From the NCBI RefSeq assembly GCF_009914755.1, contig NC_060935.1: a stretch of DNA of 64,000 nt, one strand, 5' to 3'. A model generated the notes under the pieces. The model was given only the letters and a program-made list of their open reading frames with translations. It had not been told where the DNA came from and ran no database searches. Shown piece after piece: positions 57,747-64,000 of the stretch. Each line of letters begins with the position of its first letter. Within the stretch, counting starts at the first letter, position 1. Origin of the DNA: the human T2T-CHM13v2.0 reference genome, Homo sapiens. A program made the position numbers and the translations under genes.

Positions 57747-58089
57747 ACCAGGGAACATTCAGAGGCTGTAAGCAATATTCTTGATAAAAATAAGATGATG
57801 GCTTGGCTTGAGGAGGTGGGAGAAATACAGAGTTAAAAAATGCTTGTGTAGGATTAGAATACGATTGATGGAGCATAGAGGGTATGTAACAGAAGGTATC
57901 AATGACAAACTACCAGACATTTAACACAGACAATTGAGCTAACTGTTGGGCCTTCTACCAAGAAAAGACACTTGCAGTCCCATAGCCCTCCTAGGGTTCC
58001 TGATTCCTTTAGCTCTTGCCTCTCTTGATTAGGGACTGTTGTAGGGTTCTGAAATAATCTCCACATAATATTCCTTGTGCCACCTTCCT
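57747..58089 (+). repeat. Low-copy repeat, copy C
   Basis: Reverse complement of 51363-51706 (GGGAACATTCAGAGGCTGTAAGCAATA..ATAATATTCCTTGTGCCACCTTCCT). Confidence 0.92.
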
Positions 58090-59350
58090 ACCCAGCATTT
58101 CCACTTCTGCCTGGACTTGGCCAGTAGCCATAGCCTACTCTTGTCCCAGAAAGCACCCAGACAAGAAGGACAAGCAATGCACCCCCGACACTGGTAGCCG
58201 GGCAGGCAATGCTTGCTAGAGCTTCCAGACCAGTAGTCCTTCTTATATGTGAACTCAGCCAGAAATTGCAGTCTTTAGGTGTGCCAGAGGGCACAGCCTC
58301 CTGTAATCACAGAAAACACCCTGACAGCAGGGCAGGTGATGCAACCCAACCCTGCCACTGGTAGCCTGGTGGGCAATGCCTGCTAGAGTTCTGGCCTAGT
58401 GGTCCTACTTCTCTGTGAACTGAGCCAGCAGGTGCAGCCTCCTGTTTCCCTGGGAAGCATCCAGATGCCAGAGAGGACAGCCCTACCCACTCCTACCACT
58501 GGTAGACAGGTGAGCCACATCTGCTGGAGCTTCCAGCTCAGCAGTGCTACTTCTTTCTGCCTGAAATTACCAAGAAGTGCAGCATTCTCTTGCCCCAGAA
58601 ACACCCAGATGATAGGGTGGGCAACTCCACCAATCTTTGCCTTTTGTAACCAGACACCCCAGCTTATAGCCCAGTGGTCCTGCTTCTACCTAAACTCCAT
58701 AGGTGGGGACAACACTGTGTTACCCTGGAAAGCATTCAGACAGCAGATTAGCGCTAAGCTGTAAGGATACTACTTGTCCGCCAACTGTGGCCCCTGCCTA
58801 AGGGAGTTCTGTGGACCAGAATGCCCAACATAATAAATGTGAGCAGAGAGACAGTAATCAGGGAAGCCTCATCCAATACCCAGGAACTGACTAGGATCAA
58901 AGCCAGTCTACTGACTAGAATCAAAGCCAATCAACTAAACCCAACTTATACCACAATCAAACCCCCAAGGGCATCAAAGGCAATAAAAGAAAAAAAAAAG
59001 CCCATCTAAAAGATAGCAGCTTCAAAGATTGAAGGAACATCAGCACAAACAGATGACTGAGAGCTGTGCAAGAACTGGCAACTCAAAAAGCTAGAGTCTC
59101 TTCTTATCTCCAAATTACTCCGCTAGTTCTCCGGCAATGGTTTTTAACCAGGCTGAAAGGCTGAAATGTCAGACGTAGAATTCAGAACATGGATAGGAAC
59201 AAAGATCATCAACAGCAGAAAGTCTACACCTAATCCAATGAATCTAAGGAATACAATAAAATAGTACAGTAGATAAAACATGAAATTGCTATTTTAAGAA
59301 AGAACCAAACTGAACTGATGGAGCTAAAAACACTCATTTCATTAATTTCA
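58090..59350 (+). mobile_element. L1P (L1PB/PREC-like) 5'UTR with degenerate monomers, plus start of ORF1
   Basis: Repeated CACTGGTAG..GCTAGAG..CCAG..AGTAGTCCT units, then ORF1-like GGCAACTCAAAAAG..AGAAAGAACCAAACTGA. Confidence 0.7.
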
Positions 59351-60066
59351 CAATCACGTGTAGTTTTTATCTATCTTATTTTTATTTCTTATCTGTCTTA
59401 AAAATCCACTTTATTGAGGTATAATTGGCATACAAAAAGCTGTATATATTTAATGTATACAACTTGATCATTTGGTAGATAAATATACACTCATGAAACC
59501 ATCACCACTTTCTGTCTTTTACTTTTTCTTCTGGAAAATTTAAAACACACACAAAAGTAGGGAGGTTAGTATAATGAATTACCATACATCCACCAGTCTG
59601 CTTCAACAATTATCGATAGTTTGCCAATGTTTTCTCATCTCTCTCCACCCTGCACATATTTGTAAGAGTATTTTAAAGTAAATCTCACATTTAATATCAC
59701 CTCACTAGTTTATACCTTGGTATGGATCATTAACAGATGACACTTATTCCATAACATTTTCTAATATCATTATCACATTTTACAGCATTATCAATAATTC
59801 CTTAGTATCATCGAATATAGAGTTCATATTCAAATTTTATTATTTTCTCATACATATTTGTTCATTTTCTTAAGTCAAGAACACCCCAGCCCCATCCATC
59901 CAAAGGCCAGACATTGCATTTTGTTGATATGTTAATTAAGTCTCCTTCAATCTATATTTTCCCCTTCCCACTCTTTTTTATTCATGTCATTTATCTATTA
60001 AAGAAACCATGTCACTTTTCCTATAGAATATCTACATTTCAGGTTTCTTATTTAAAAATTTCTTAA

Positions 60067-62637
<2,571 letters not shown>

Positions 62638-64000
62638 ACAACAATAACAAACTGCCATCTGCTTTTTATCACCTACTTGTAAGAAATTCTACACAATATT
62701 GATAACAGAATACTCCTCTCATAAAAAAAAAAGTTGATTTCAATTCTATCTGAATAATTACCTGCTTCAGAGGCTGCCCTTGGCATGACTCTGTGTCATC
62801 TGTTCTCTTCGGGCCTCAGAGGAAACTGAACAGAAAGCTACTCCTGCCTATGTCCTGTTGTGTATCTAGAGGGACAATTTAGCCTCCAGCTTTACACTGC
62901 CTCCAGAGCTCAATTACATAGAAAAACCCAACCGTCCTCAGGACACTTTGCTGCTATCTGCTGGGCAATTGTGAAAAGTACACAAAAAGTGGTTGGAGCC
63001 TCAGATTTGCCTAGCGTTCCCCCTAAACACTCACATGGGACGGTACTTTGTGTGTGCATGTTATTGTATAAATGCATGTGCCCTCAACTATCAGAAAGCA
63101 TATGGACCATTTAGCATTATCTAAGCTATAAAGAGTTGAGATGCAAAATTTCCTTCCATATTACTTTTTTCTGTTGTCTAGCAAGAGTGGTACCCGAAAA
63201 TCACTGGAGTGGTCTTGAGGATTTTAGGTGTCTCTGTGTGCAAGTGCTGGAGGGAGGAAATAAAGAGGGTGCCAGTATATGGAAGTGTAGAGAAGCTGTA
63301 TCATTTAAGAAAGTGAGACAGGAAGAGATGTAAGAGGAAGAAAAGGAAGCTCAGAAGTCCTGATGAAATTACATTACACTGTGTCGGGCTTTGTTCTAAG
63401 TGCTGGATGTATATATTTTCTCATCCTGTGATCATGGAGTATTATTATGTTTAACTATCTCCATTCTGCAAACAGAGAAGGAGATACCAAAAAGTTATAA
63501 AAGTTGCTCAATATAATGTTTGTGTGTTTGAAGAAGTAAATAGGTTTCTGGAGGGAAAGTGCTCATACATCTGTCTGGTCTGCTGGATTAGATGCCAGTG
63601 ACCTCTCTGAGCCTATGCTGACCCTGAGTTTCAGATCCGTAAGGGCAGTGGCAATCTGTTGTGAAAGGGACTCATGTTAGTGCCGAGGTCAGTGGCCCTA
63701 AGCTCCAAGACCAGGCTTGCCCATGCCAGCAGCCTCTCTACTGTGGCTCTTGGGGCTGCAGCAAAAACAAATGCAGATGGGCAATAGTTATTTTCAGTGA
63801 GTGAACCTGGGGGCTTCCTTTGCTTCTGCCCTTATAAATAAAAATAAATTTTCCAAGCCAGCTGCAACTCTGCCATCAGCAGTTGCCCTGAAGACTGCAG
63901 TAGAATGTCACCAACAGGTCATTGCAGGAAACTGAAACTTAGGTCTTTGTTTCCAAAGTTTGGGAAATACTCATAGTGTCTGAACATGGGGTGAGAAGGG

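Overview
Repeat-rich hominid (almost certainly human) genomic DNA from the MS4A cluster at 11q12, identified by recognising the encoded peptides. The only host gene is MS4A4E, an MS4A4A paralogue on the minus strand. I reconstructed its exons from the sequence: exon 1 donor at 54247, coding exons at 41192-41351, 36246-36374, 25853-25909, 24256-24414, 19875-19976 and 17957-18028, and a 3'UTR to about 17070. The 220-codon MS4A4A-like frame has no stops or indels. However, the exon-4 and exon-7 splice acceptors are dead (AT and TG instead of AG) and the upstream ATG reads ACT. Alternative exons can bypass these lesions: a 34-nt antisense-L1 exon restores frame, an L2-derived exon ends the known 132-aa form, and two downstream exons plus an SVA supply a new C-terminus and poly(A) site (305-aa ORF). 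The rest is TEs: the 3' part of a Harlequin/HERV-E-type mosaic provirus with LTR2, a solo ERV1 LTR, a 5'-truncated SVA, a near-complete HERV-L provirus with a nested MER11 LTR, L1s, Alus, MaLR LTRs and MIR/L2. A thrice-copied segment forms inverted repeats, one pair bracketing the MS4A4E first exon. Most entries in the ORF track are TE fragments or chance ORFs. I see no new enzymatic system. The most interesting signal is the TE-mediated rewiring of a splice-damaged gene.
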